64,000 nt of DNA. Source: Antedon mediterranea (taxonomy: Eukaryota; Animalia; Echinodermata). A program made the translations under genes and the position numbers. The notes beneath the pieces are model-generated. The model saw nothing but the letters and a program-made list of their open reading frames with translations, searched no databases and was not told where the DNA came from. The stretch is from contig NC_092680.1 in assembly GCF_964355755.1 (NCBI RefSeq), positions 19,229,045 through 19,293,044 of the forward strand. Reading direction: 5' to 3'. Position 1 is the first letter of the stretch. Each line of letters starts with the position of its first letter. Positions 50,501 to 63,711 of this stretch are shown here, one piece after another.

Positions 50501-53500
50501 TTACAGTTGAAGATCTTTTGAATTTGCTTTCAGTATTTTCCATGCAAATGGATTTTGATCCGATGGATATGATGGAGTGAGTTTAAAATTACAGAGTGTA
50601 CTTTTGTATCTCAATATCATTAGTTATTCCTCTACAGGTGTCTGTAACAAACTGATTGGTAAGGTCATTAGTGATTAGCAGTAGTGCTAAAATAGATTGG
50701 ACATTGGGGTAAATACCTATTCTTTCTAAGTGTACACAAGCCTGATGTAATTAGATCTCCAATTTAAAGTCCTTATCCAAGAAAACTTGTTCTACCACCA
50801 TAATGAATGGGTAGTGCCTTTAACATGCACTATGGCTTTGTTTTTGATACACTTGTCCTAATCACCATTAAACTCAACCAATCACATTAAACATATAAAA
50901 ACACATGAATGATGTTCAAAACATGCTAGAGCTATTATGTTTATTGATGATGCATACATTTTTATTTCAGTATGTCCGACATTGGAGAATTGATAATGGC
51001 ATACATGGGCAACAATACCACATTTCAGGAATGGTATTATGAATTTCTAAGAAATGTACAAATTAAAGACTATATATCGTCACTGAGCATTAAATACATT
51101 CCTCATTTATATGGTAAGTTGAAAAGCTCTGTCTACACTATCAAACTAGTTTGACAAAAAAATGCCCAAATATGTTAGTTATAATGACATCATCTTGTCC
51201 ATATATGGTTACATCAAGTTTGATAGTGTAGACAAAGCTTTAGGCCTGTTTAATCCATCAATTCATTATTTGTTTCTGTGGGTCTCTATCCAGACAACCA
51301 AATGGAATTGTAAATGCTATTGGCCTATACGTTTTTTTTTTATTTATCCTGTGGTTATGAATAATACCTCATTCTCTCAAACATATAAAACACAATGAAC
51401 GAAAATAAAATTTTAAAAACCCACCAAAAAGCGTCCTAAATGTAAGGGCGTGTGGCACAGTTTGTTGGACATTGGACTACTGATCATAAGATCGGGAGTC
51501 CTACTCTCTTTGCATTACTTGTGTCATTCTTCAGTTTTCTATTGATATCCAACATTACAGGTTTAGAAATCAGTATACCCACATTTGAAGGAATTCTGGT
51601 GAATGCAACGGAAACACGAAAGTTGATACAAGTCAGTTTTATTCTACCAGAGGTAGTCGATCTTATACTAAGTCTTACAAATGATCAAGAAAAGGTATTA
51701 TTATATATATATTATATACTTCTTTTTAAAAAAAATTTCCAATTTTTTGTTTTATAAATCTTATTTTTGTATTGTCTAATGTGAATTAATGATAAAGCTC
51801 TGTCTACACTATCAAACTTTATGTGACCAAAATATGTGATGTGCCCATATGGACATGATGATGTCATATCACTACCATATTTGAGCATATCACTACCATA
51901 TTTGGGCATATTAAACTTTTTTGTTCAAACTAGTTTGATAGTTTAGAGAGAGCTTAAAATAATAAAATAGCAAACACTATCTGGAAAACTAGAGGACATT
52001 ACAGTATCACTAACCAAAATGTATTTCATCGCATTTTCTTTATTAGATGATGGAGTTTTTCTCGGTTCCATTTCCATTTATGTATCTTTGTGAGACTGGT
52101 ACATTTAATGATTACTTTACGCTGTCTAATATGTCCAAGACCGACGTTGAATTGGTTCAAGATACTTTGTGCTCAATAAACGCTTCCCTAATTAAAGCTG
52201 AATTAGCAGAACTAATTGATCTTGATGAGATAATGCACGAGGTAGGTTAATTGAACGTTTTTATTTTGCGACAACCTAGGTTTAACAAGTTAAGCTTTTT
52301 CAATTCATTGTGAACACTTTCTCACAGACATACTTCTGGTGTAATCCGGTTTTGTCTACCAAGTAAAATGCCACCAAATTACCTCTCGGTAAAGCTCTGT
52401 CTACACTAACAAATATGTGATGTAACCATATATGGACAGGATGATGTCATATCACTACCATATTTGGATATATCACTACCATATTTGGGTACATCACACT
52501 AGTTTGATAGTGTAGACAGAGGAATGTGACTTTAAGCCATAGGGATTTAATTTCCTTTTGTCTATCCTGCCACTTAAAGTACTTTGTTGTTGTGTTTTAG
52601 ATGTTAAGGCAATAAAGAATAACAATAAGAAACAAATTGTTCATAATAAAAAGAAATATTCAATTGATAAAGGCATGAGCTTCTGAATTGATACTCAGTA
52701 ATGGAGATAATTCTATTATGCCCATGATTGTACACTGTACCAACACATTTTCATGTGACGATGCAATGAAAGCAAATAAGATACGCAGAATTCAAATTAA
52801 TTGTTCTTGTTTACCAATCAAATCAAATCATTCTCTCATTTTGACTTATATTTTTCCTTTTAATTTTACTTTTAGTTATCAGTTCTGTCAAACAAAAGTA
52901 TTGAACCACAACCGTTCAACTTGACGGAACAGATAATACTACAGGAGCATGTGAATGCTGTGTACGCTACATTAGCCATGTATCCTCCTCAGATAAGGGT
53001 GGATGAGAAATGGCTCGAAACAACGTTGGCAAATTTGACAGCTGTCACCGATCTCTGGCTTGCAGAAATGGAGGGAAATACTATGAAGTAAGTTGATATG
53101 TTTATTCTTCCTATTAAAAAGGATAAAAACTAGATGTTTTAAATGGAAATTATATTAGTTAGATTAATTTAAAATTTTAATTAACATCATATCTAAAATT
53201 GTAAATGAAAAAATATGGTTAATATGAATATGAATTTGATATGAAAACCACTTCAGTTATGGAAATTCTATTAGCCAATCCAAATTATTTATGGATTATA
53301 AAACGTTACTACTAATACTATTTGTATCCATATTGTCGCCATTCATGATCAAAAGTTGTATAAACTTTTATTCTATGAAATATATAAACTCTATTAATTT
53401 CTCAAGAATTCTTATTATATATTTTAGCTATGAAATGACACTGGAACAATTAAGCATGATGTTTGCTAACGAATCGTGGTATAAGGATCTCCAAAAACAA

Positions 53501-56500
53501 ATTGGTCTTGCTGTCTCTATTAATAGTGCACTAAATGATCAGCTGCTTAAATTAGTCAATGGTAACGTAATTGTTTTGTATTTGAGCTCAACAAGTAATG
53601 TGTTAAACAATTATTAATTATAATTAATTGGATCTTGGAATTAATCTTCATTGACTTTTATTTGATCAGAGTTACACATACTGTACATATAAAAAAAGTA
53701 GCACAATATTGATCTTTTTTAATGTTTTTTATATTATATTTCATATGCATATTGCTTGTGTGCACTTTAAAGACCCTAGTACATCTTTCGAGATGAGTAG
53801 GGGGTTACCCCGGTGTACTAGTTCACACACTCGTGGACAGACGTAATGGCGCCGTAGTTGGCTGCCAATGACACGATGTGACCCTTAGGGGAGAAGAATG
53901 TTGTTGAAAAGTTGTAACATCTAAGTCCACAGCGCTCTGATCTTCATGAAATAACGCTATATAAATGTCGCATTATATTATATATTATAGGTTTTAAAAA
54001 AAGTATTTTTAGTATAAGTTTTTTTTTTCTTGAAAAATAAATGACAAAACGTAGAATGAATTCATCACAGTTTAAGGTTTACCGCAGTTTTTTTAAAAAA
54101 GATTTTATTGATAACATTAAATTATTTGTAAATTCTAGGAACAATTGATCTTCCAAAGTTGGAGTCACTTTTTAAGGACGAATCCGAGATCAGAGATTTC
54201 CTTGAACTGTCCGATGTTCTTCCAGAAATTGTTGATGTTTTCCTTAGCTTGACAATTTCACCATCTAAGGTATGTACAACAGTGACCAGAAATACAAATT
54301 ACAATTAAATGTTGTTTATTATTAAAAGACAAAATTATGCTCACCTGTGGTTAGACAGGGGTGCAAGATGCTTTCACGGAGGTACAAAGTTACAAAATTG
54401 TCTAAAAATAATACTAGAAATACAACGGACTGGAGTTGTTGGTTGGAATAGAGTTGTGGCTTGGTGGTTATGATGCTTGGCTACCAATCCAAGGCTCCTG
54501 GATTCAAGTCCTGTTGTATGTCAGGATTTTTTCTAAAATCAAAATATATATAAAAACAAAACAAACAATGGTGTAGGTAACAGTTGTTGGACCTTAGTTG
54601 AGGTATCATTGGCATCTACAGCTGATATTGTAAACCTGTACCTTAGAGTTGTATTAATATTAAATTTACAGTTCATTGAGCTCCTCGCAATGGAAGATCC
54701 GTTTACTGTTCTCTGTGAAGAAGGAAGCTTTGACGAAACCTTTATGTTGCCGCCAGATAGTACCACTGATCTTGGTGAAGTTGAAGAGGCTATTTGTAAA
54801 ATCAATATGACAGTGCTCCAGTATCAATTACTCGATGTATTTGGAATAACTGATGCGCTTATGCAGGTAATGTTTGTATTGTGTAATGGAGTGTGGTGCA
54901 GTGTGTTGGACTTGAACACGAAGTCGGGAGTTCAAGTCCAATGGCATTGCTTGGGTCCTTGCAAGACACTTTTTTTTTCCTACGATCTTTTTTTAATATC
55001 ATGCATGTATTTTTTTGCCAGTCAAGTCTCCCAATACTGGACCCTCTGAGAACCGGACACTCTCCCAAAACCAGACTTTTCTTGAGTTCCAAAATGTCCA
55101 AAATTCATTTTTACCATTTGAAACACATTCCAAATACAAACTTTCCAGAAAACAAGACATACTTTGGTCAGCCCAAAGGTGTCCGGTATTGGGAGAGTTG
55201 ACTTTACAATAATCAATTAATTAATTACCAAAAAGTATTTTTCTTTAAAGGATAAAGAAGCTGATTTTCAAACACATCTTGCTACAGCCATGGAACTATC
55301 AGAAACAATTCAAACGCTTATTGCAAATCCTCCTAAAGTTGAAGTTGATTTTGAGTGGCTAGAAAAGACCCTTGAGGAACTGGAGACTGTATACGATGGT
55401 TGGATTGAATCGCTGTTCAACCAGATAGATACTGTTGAGGATCTGGAAAAGTAAGTAATATAGTTGGTGCACTTAATATTTGACAGCGGCGTAACATGTT
55501 ATTTACTGCACTTTATTATAATTATTATATTCTTTTAACCACTTTTCATTATGAAGAATTGTTGAAATTATCCTACTACAGTAACAGGTTATTATATTTG
55601 GATTATTTCTTATATTGTCCCCTGAAAGAATAATAAAAGCTATTTTTTTTTAATAAGCCATTTTAATGTCACATATTAGTTATTCACAAAATTGAATTGG
55701 AAAAAAAATTGTTTACCTGAAAAAAACTGTAATTTAAAGCAAAAAATAGTCAAATTTGCTGCCAGCCAATGGGTTTTTGGTTGAATTTGTCCTTTTATTT
55801 TTTCATTTTATAAGTAATAACATCATTTATTCTGGGTTTTTTCTACGGAAGTGAACTGGCCTATTCAAAGTCTGATTTTATTAATCTTTATTTTTAATTT
55901 TTGGGGACACATCTTGAACCATGAACCTATTCATGCTTCAATTGTTTATACAATTGCAATTTTTTTGTTAAGAAATTCCTAATGTAGATTCTTCAAATAT
56001 TAAAACAAATTAATATTAGTAAACATGTTAGTAATAATTACTTGATTTTTACAACAATTTAAATTTAAAAAGTTCAATAACATACTTTTAAATCTGTTTC
56101 TCAGTTTGCAAGCTTTATTGGAATCGCTAATTGAATCAGAGGATGTGGAATCTATTAGGAATATTTCAGTTGTCATAACTCAGATACTTGCACACCTGAA
56201 TGGTGAAATATATGATTTACCAGGTATGTTTATTCTTATTGTATAGAGATGTCATTAGCTGAAAGAAAACTTGTCTATATATAAACAAATACTTGATGGG
56301 AATGTTTAAAAGCATTTTGTAATATAACGTGTTGGTATTATTGATTTTTTAGGTCAAAACTTGACGTTTGCTGATATATTTCCACCCGCAACACCAGAAT
56401 ATCTTGAAGTTGTTTTAGACCAAACCTCAAATATCATTGGTCTGCAGTTAGGCTCTGAAATCGATACTCAGGCAGTACGTTAATAGTTTTTTCCTTGTCT

Positions 56501-59500
56501 ACTATGTGTGTGAAGACGAAGGGTAGAAATAGTTGTAAAATATCATGGAAGATAATACTTATTGCAATTCAAAAAAAGCTGTGTGTATTGTAAATGATAT
56601 TCGAAAATTATGAAAATTATATGGTTGTTTTCTTATGTAAAGAGTATACCTCTACAAGTTACTGCTATCGCTTTAGATTTATCACTGTCAGACAGGTCTC
56701 TATGAAAGTTTGTGAGGTGAATGTCAGGTACCGAATCAGATCTAGACTGGTCCACATGAAGTATGATATTACATGTATATATTTATATTTATAGTTTATG
56801 GAGTTCCTCATGAATGAAACTGATCCGTTGATTGCCTTCTGCTCTGATGTAACTGTTTTGGAAAGTTTTGTGACCGTAGTGGAAGGTGTTAATGTGACTG
56901 AACTACATACTGCTCTGTGCTCTCTTGATCTCCCTACATTGGAAGCTGAATGGGGGAATATATTTGCAACATACAGCCAACTACTTGAGGTACCCATTTG
57001 TTTGAGTCAATGTTCAACAATGAACAAGTTATGCGCATGAATATCTATATCAGGCTTGCAAAAAGCACCATAAATATATAAAAATAAATGTAATTATAAT
57101 TTGGATTACTACCCATGGTAGCCAGCTGTGCGGCACCTTCCAGATCATCACACCTGGAGGTAGCATACATATGACATGATATAATATCACAAATGCTTGT
57201 CAACATGATTAATTTTTTTTTGTTACTCAAAATTAGTATTATACCATTGCACTATTAGAGCCATGTGTACAACTGTACCAATTTGTTTAAATCACTGTTT
57301 TCTAACATAGTAAAGTTTTAAAAACACATGAATATCTATATAAATAGGCATGCAAAAATGCAAGCCATGGGAGCATAGTAAATGTAACACGAATGTAAAT
57401 GTCATTATAATCTTCCTTAAGCTTAACTGGAAACTTAGGACAATTTGGGTTTTGCCCTGTATGCACCCACGACAGCCAACAGTGCGTTTATCTACCCATA
57501 TCAGTACACCGCAAGACGATTCTCTACTCTTGTTGAATAGGGTGCCAATTGTTCTTTAACATGCACAATAGACCAATAACTTTACGTCACATCAGTTATA
57601 GGTCTTGCAGACATTCACAGAATATTCAGGCCTACTGCATTGTACAAAAATTTTACATTCTTGCAAAAAGCTGACGGAACATGCAATAGAATCTTCCATG
57701 ATTGAAGTGGGAAAAATTAATGCCCGGCACCAAAAAAAATTAAGTCAATTAAATGGCAAGAGAATACACTTGCAGTACATTTGTTATTATTGTTTATAGT
57801 ATTAATTATTTTATTTCATCAGCCTCAATCATCTTTCAACTTAACCGCGAGTTCCATTGTAGTGAGTCAGTTTATCACCTCTGTTGCGGCTCTTATTGAA
57901 AATCCGCCAAATCTTGAAATGTTGAATGAAGAATGGATAGACAGCCAATTGAATGACATCTTGGAAATTTTAAATGACCTAGAAGATGAATGGACAGGGG
58001 AGCTTAATATATCGTAGGTTTATTGATCTTTGATATAAATTACAATATGAATTTAAAAATATTAATTCTATAATACTGTAGATATTATTTTTGTTGAACA
58101 TTGATTGAAAAATCAATTATCTTTTCTATGGTGAGTGAGTGGCCAAGGTTAAGACAGTGGAATCATAATACCTTGCCATATTAACATTGGCAAGGGTTCG
58201 AGGCTCACTCGCTCCATGGTTCTGGTGGTAGAACGAGTCTTCTCGGATAAGGACTATAAACCGTAGGTCCAGTGTACAATTCTGGCTCATGTGTACTTTA
58301 AAGAACCTAGTACATCTTTCGAGACAAGTAGGGGGTTACCCCGGTGTACACAGCCACAGTCACTCATCAAGAGGGCTCTTTGATTATCAGCATATGCTGT
58401 TTAGGGTCATAAATAATGTGTAATAAAATAAAAAAATTAATTAATCATGGCATTGATTTATCATTTAGTACCAATCTTCTGAAATTATTACGAAATCAGC
58501 GCGGTATGCATCTAGGTGATGAATTATCTCTCATATTTCACACAACCAATGCGTATATTGAATTTATCAACCAAGAACTGGAGGAACTGATAGGTAAGAC
58601 CAGTGCTATAACTACTAAAGCTCTGACTATACTATCAAACATTATGGACATGATGATGTCATATCACTACCATATTTTGGCAAATCACACTTTTGTCAAA
58701 CTAGTTTGATAGTGTAGACAGAGCTTTATTACTTGATTTGATCATTGTTTAAAGCACATCAAGCATAATCTAAACTAATTCCTTTATTATTTGACTATAA
58801 AATACTCTCTATTTATTTTCAATTTTCATTTATTTATTTTTTATATCTAAATGAGACTGGTCTCTATTGTGCCTTTTGTACAAAAGTAAAATTTCTAAAT
58901 TAACATGGAATTATTATCAGATTATTAAATGCATACGTAAGTTACAGATGCAATACAGGTAGATCATTAATTTACATTTATAGACGTTGATTATATTTTA
59001 TGTGGACCTTGAATGAAAGTCTATAAGGCTAGTGTTATTGTTTTGATTTAGCTTATTGCTTATTGTATTTGTATCTTCATTGAGATTCAGACAGCATTGT
59101 CATTTTGTTTTACATAAAAAAAAAACTCATTAGAAGGTGCATGGGAAATTACGGTTTCAATATCTTTATAGGTACAAACAAAACATTTGTTGAATTACTG
59201 ATAACAAGTTTAACTGATTATTTGGAAGCCGAAGGTGTTGAAGAAGATGTCATAAAAGCCATTGAAAATGCTACTTATATCCCAGGAATGGTATGTTTAA
59301 TGTTTATCTATGTAAAGACATATTAAAGCCCCATTCCCTACGTTTTTTAGATCTAATTTAAGATCACAAACTATATTTAATGTAAAAATAATACTATATG
59401 GTCCTATTGCGATAACTTTTTTCGTCTTTAAACGGTTAAAAATGTGAAAAATAAATCGATTTTAATAATTATAGCGGCCCGCTATAAATCTCAAAATGCA

Positions 59501-62500
59501 TTGCGCGCGGATTGATATTGTTGTTTTTCACCTGTAATTCGCCCACTTTTCGATCGATCGTGAAGCCAAAACAAATGGAAGACTCCTAACTTTTCAGCGA
59601 AAATACCGGGTTTTCCCCAATTTGTATCAACGGAGTCTGGCAAAAATAGAAAGACAATTAATGCAGCAACTATACAACGTCAGGCTAGGTATATAGCTAG
59701 CGTACGATGTTCGTACGTTACCGATGTTTACCAGCTAGGCCTACAAAACTAAGCCTAGCTATGCTAGGCCTGAGACCGTCCACGAGAGGTCGATCGCCGC
59801 GAGCTACTTAGGTAGTGCATTGTTTCTCACTTTTTATCATAATTTACCATAAAACGTACATTTAAGACAAGGAATGACATGGTTTAATGTTTTTAAAGTG
59901 ATATATATGTATTATTTTCCAAAAAACGTCCAAAATTGCAGGGAAGGGGTCTTTAATGTCTTTTAATAATTAAATGTTTATTTCACAATACCAACTTAAA
60001 TAACAGGAGTTGCAGATTAGAGTAGAGATACTGACTACCAAATCCATATTCTGGGTTCGAACTATATGTGAGCACCTATTTGTGTATTATATTGAATGAA
60101 TATAATCCATGTAGGCCTTACAAGTCTTTGTTATTATATGTTTAGATGAAATGTATCAGTAAAAAAAATATTATCTAGATTAGAAGATGTTCTTAATGCT
60201 TCACATGCATTTTATTTTAATTTAAAAATTTTTTTTTACTTTGTTTTTAATAGAATGTAAAAATTTTTTTTTTTAAATTAGATCATCAAAGCTTATATTG
60301 AAGATAATCTCATCACTAGTTTATGTGGAGATCAGGAAATTTTGTTTACGTTACTCCAGTTTGAAGAAAATGTAGATGTGGATAGAGTACAAGAAATGCT
60401 ATGTAGCGTGGATTTACAAGCATGGCTCAATTCAACAAATTCTTTACTTGACTTGTGGTCAATGGAGGTACTGTAGGAAATGCTAGTTCGATTTTTTTAT
60501 TTAGTACTGTAGTTGGGAATGAGAATTATAGCTATATATTCACTTTGACCAAAAATTGGATCGGGAAAATAAAAATATTTAACTGGAAAAACAAGCCTAT
60601 TGTTATTTAACTATGTATTTTGTCTTAAATGTTTTTTAAGCAAACTGACAAGAATTTTATATTTTTTACCAGCATGTATAAACTTTCATTCAAATATTAT
60701 TTTGTCTTAATAAGTTTCATTACCTGCGGAAGTAAATCATTTTATTAAAAATACAATATGTCCTTTTCAAATTTTGATTTTATTTACATTTATTTTTCAT
60801 GTTTTGGGGCACAATCTATAATTTATCATTTGGTTATATTCATCATTTCTCACCTGCTAATTTTATTTTTATTTTCAGTTCTCCAAAAATATAGATGTAA
60901 ACGCAACGTTTGATTTGGTAGAGTTCCATGCAAATGTTGAGAAGTTACTTGGTAACATTAAAGCTATACTAGAAAATCCACCAATGTTCCATGTTGGAAT
61001 AGATCCAGAAGATATAAATTTTCAATCAATCTTTGAACTTCTTGGAAATTACTCAATGGAAATTAAACATCTTAAGTAAGTATATTTATCAATATGATTT
61101 AATTTATAACTAATAATTTATAACGTTCATTCATATGGAGGAAGAAAGTTTAAAAAATAAATCGGGAAGTATTCTTACAATGAAAAAGTAGTAAATTTGT
61201 TACTGAAAGTAGTGTTCTGGTGAGCATATAGCAGGTGCAGATCCCCCCTAAATTTCGTAAATTGTAATGCAAAAGATAGGACATCCAATTAAGCTCAGCC
61301 CTTCATTTCCCCAATTCTCCCCTATTTCAAAATCCTGGATCCGCCACTGTATAGTATAAATAGGATTTCAATGCAATATGTGGTATTGTCCATATATTGT
61401 CCTCTGATGGTCACAGAGGCTGGTGTTTAATTACAGTGTTCAACAGAAATGGTTTCAGTTTTTGCATAATTTTTCAATTAGAATTGTTTTCTTTTTTAGC
61501 TTGACTGATGTTTTGGAACTTCTTGGAGAGTTTTCAGATGAAGATTTCCTTGAAGGAATGTCACCAATGCTTAAACATGTCACAGAGATCTTAATGCTTG
61601 CCATAACAGACCCTGATGAACTAGGTACAAATACAAATACATTTATTCATCAAATCACAATAAAATAATAGTATGTACAATGATTCAAGAAAATGATGAA
61701 ATGAGGTCTCAGTTTATATCATCCTTTAACATACAAGAGTGGGTGTTTAAAAAATATTTCCAATATATTTTCAATTTTCAACTCTAAACTAAAGCATTAC
61801 TGAAAATGCAGACTATCGCTAAAAATCAAAGATGATGTGTTTACACTAATAGGCCTAAACCAATCTAATATTCAAAACACGGCTTTCTCATCAATTAACA
61901 AACAAATCATCATTAATTTATTACATTCATTGCAAAACTATAAAAAACATTTTAAAAAAAGTGTTTGGAATCGTCTAAATTTGTTTTCTTTACTTTATTA
62001 ATTATAGAGCAACTAGTGAAAGAAACATTGATGGAAATGATAGAAAGCAACGAATGGACAGAACAAAACATAACTCATGCCATCATAGACAATTTACTGT
62101 TGATATATAAGGTACATACAGGGTGTAAAACTAAATTGCATTTTTTATTCTTTTAATGTACTAACTGAGTTTTAGCAAAACAAATATCTAATCTAAAGCT
62201 CTTGTTGGTCAAACAGATTAAACTTCTTTTACGTTCAAGATATATTAAGCTATGTCTACACTATCAAGCTACAAACTAGTTTGACAAAAAAAGTGAGATG
62301 TGCCTGAATATGGTAGTGATATGATATGATGTGATATATGTTTTTGTCACATAAAGTTTGATAGTGTAGACATTGCTTGATATATCTTGAACGTAAAAGA
62401 AGTTATCTGTTTGACCAACAGCATATCGTATATTTATCTAGTTTTGTTTACAAAAATTAATTGAACAAATTTAAATTTTTCATTATGAAATTAGTGCTGG

Positions 62501-63711
62501 ACATAAAATGATGTATATAAAAGTTGTGTGTATAAAACCGTAGGTTAAATTAGTAGCAAAATACCTTCTTACTTTGTTTTATACACATTTTTGTTTTAAA
62601 TAAATGCGTTTCTAATTTTCAATTTTAAGTTACTAATCATTTGAATGTTTATAGTTTGCACAGATAGAGAACTCAGATAAATGGAAACATATCATGTGTA
62701 ACCAGTCAACCTTCATTGAAATGTTTGATTTAACTGATTCAGTTGATGTATCAGTTCTGCAAATGGCTCTCTGTAATCTGAGTACTGAAGTACTATTTAG
62801 GAATGCAAGTGCTTACTATGGATTTGATGTTCTGGAATCGATTCATAAGGTTAGCATCTTCTTAAAGATGTATTGTCCCCAAAAACATGAAAAATGAAGA
62901 TTAATAAAATCAAACTTTGAATAGGCCATTTTACAGTTTTAATCAAGTTATTCACTTCTGTTAAAAAAAAAATAATATTTCACTTACAAAAGACAAAGAC
63001 GGTTAATTTTAACCAAAAACCATATTCTGACAGACAATTTCAGTATTTTTGCTATAATAAATTACATTTTTTCAGGTACATAATTGTTTTGTCCGATCCA
63101 GTTTTTGTTCAAAGTTAATAACTATCTATTACTATCACAGTATAATCAGCCAAGCCCAACTTTTCAACCTAATAGTATTTATACAATATATGAGACTTAC
63201 CAAGTAATTTGAGTTGTGTGACCAGGCGGTTAAAGCAGATATACTGCAACCCACCTACAGTTATGAAATGGCCACTGGTTCTAGGCACTATAGTTCTTGA
63301 TTGAACAAGTCTTTCTGATGTCTTCAAAACGGAAGTCCTTGTATGCACTTTTAAAAACTCCAGTCACCTTTCATGACAGAGGTTTGCCTCGCTGCGCTAG
63401 TTCAAATTCAGCTATGCCAATGTTAAAGCAATTATGGGTGCCTGCTCTTTCTATCAGTATTCACTTGCACCCAATCCCATAGCTTTGTATAATCTACCAA
63501 CAGGTTATCAGACCAAGTGTTGTTTTTTTTTTCAGATTGATGGTTTTCTGTCGGTTCTATTTAATGAGTCAGCAATCGATTTTGATGCAATTCAAGAACT
63601 ACTGGCTATTGTTGAACTGATAAAACCAATTGTTTCTGACGGAAATTTAGCAGATCTTGAAGAAACTTTACATGAGATAATTGCATTATTAAATACTCCA
63701 GTTAATGAATT
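35592..63711 (+). CDS. ABCA: ABCA-subfamily lipid transporter, 5' part (N-terminus, TM1 and giant repetitive ECD1); continues beyond the window
   Basis: Exon 35592-35657 MGALQQLSLLIWKDIRLRIR, exon 36244-36337 TM1 (..IWPIAVF..) and exon 40551-40692 CYYNAKAMPSSG..FMQSYMCD match the ABCA1/4/12/13 N-terminal signature. A further 37 exons from 40980 to 63711 splice in frame with GT-AG boundaries, ~6,236 coding nt in total. The NBDs are not in the window, so the paralog identity is unresolved. Confidence 0.88.
36445..38042. repeat. Minisatellite, 37/35-bp unit, ~43 copies, in an ABCA intron
   Basis: Consensus TTTTATTACAAAGTGCGACAACATGAGAGTGTGACAC with recurring variants. Confidence 0.97.
40060..40260. 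repeat. Low-complexity TAGGCC/CTAG-rich tract
   Basis: Dense overlapping CTAGGCCTAG/GCTAG words. TAGGCCTA is also frequent across the whole window. Confidence 0.8.
41478..41600. repeat. Short tandem repeat, ~19-20-bp unit GATACCCCTATTCAGGA, probably internal to a MITE
   Basis: About six degenerate copies are visible. Confidence 0.75.
42554..42870 (+). mobile_element. tRNA-headed SINE with a Deu-domain-like core
   Basis: A-box-like head GAGTGGCTGAGCAGTTAA followed by GTCTTCTCGGATAAGGACTATAAACCGTAGGTCC...TTAAAGAACCTAGTACATCTTTCGAGA, resembling the DeuSINE core. Sister copies at 53747-53975 and 58129-58420. Confidence 0.75.
45584..45681 (-). mobile_element. Penelope-like terminal fragment with a hammerhead core, nested in an H1 MITE
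   Basis: 12-bp TSD TGATGTCATATC (45572-45583 and 45682-45693). The minus strand reads CTGAGGA-CGATCAA..TTGATC-GAAA. The same sequence family occurs at 49541-49672. Confidence 0.65.
47707..47858. repeat. 38-bp tandem repeat x4
   Basis: CTTAAGTTTACGTTATTATACGTACAGAACTGTATATG repeated immediately upstream of the acceptor at 47872. Confidence 0.9.
48400..48537 (+). CDS. WAP (four-disulfide core) domain exon within ABCA ECD1
   Basis: 138-nt phase 1-1 exon encoding ENVLNVCPEFDAETVTSCDYLCESHVECGTDQICCIHGCGTTCIDE, with 8 Cys in WAP spacing. It is not in the ORF track. Confidence 0.85.
48631..48820. repeat. 85-bp exact tandem duplication (about 2.2 copies)
   Basis: GTAGTTTAAAACCTTCC starts at 48631, 48716 and 48801. 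Confidence 0.9.
49541..49672. repeat. Inverted repeat (~61-bp arms) of the Penelope-like terminal sequence
   Basis: GTTGATATAAGTTTGTGGTAC..GAACTGTTGAGTTTCTC and its reverse complement around a 10-nt loop. Homologous to 45584-45640. Confidence 0.8.
50123..50287. mobile_element. Harbinger-like MITE family H1 copy
   Basis: TIR AGCTCTGTCTACACTATCAAACT with a TTA target duplication. Confidence 0.85.
51796..51954. mobile_element. Harbinger-like MITE family H1 copy
   Basis: Same TIR with a TAA target duplication. Neighbouring copies at 51125-51240, 52393-52521 and 58619-58724. Confidence 0.85.
55018..55205. mobile_element. Tc1/mariner-like MITE
   Basis: Imperfect TIR CAGTCAAGTCTCCCAATACTGGAC / GTCCGGTATTGGGAGAGTTGACT. 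A related copy lies at ~43712-43885. Confidence 0.65.
58129..58420 (+). mobile_element. tRNA-headed Deu-type SINE copy
   Basis: Head with A-box-like and GGTTCGAGGC B-box-like motifs, and the core AGTAGGGGGTTACCCCGGTGT. Confidence 0.75.
59327..59952. mobile_element. Non-autonomous Kolobok-like DNA transposon
   Basis: TTAA on both sides, AG..CT termini, imperfect TIR AGCCCCATTCCCT / AGGGAAGGGGTCT. Confidence 0.7.
62203..62420. mobile_element. H1 MITE at the centre of a second palindrome
   Basis: Outer arms TGTTGGTCAAACAGAT.AACTTCTTTTACGTTCAAGATATAT and their reverse complement enclose AGCTATGTCTACACTATCAA..TTGATAGTGTAGACA. Confidence 0.8.

Noticed and set aside
54440-54520. tRNA-like sequence (also ~31670-31710 and ~51450-51505)
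   Set aside because: Only degenerate A/B-box-like motifs with no complete cloverleaf; these are probably SINE heads.
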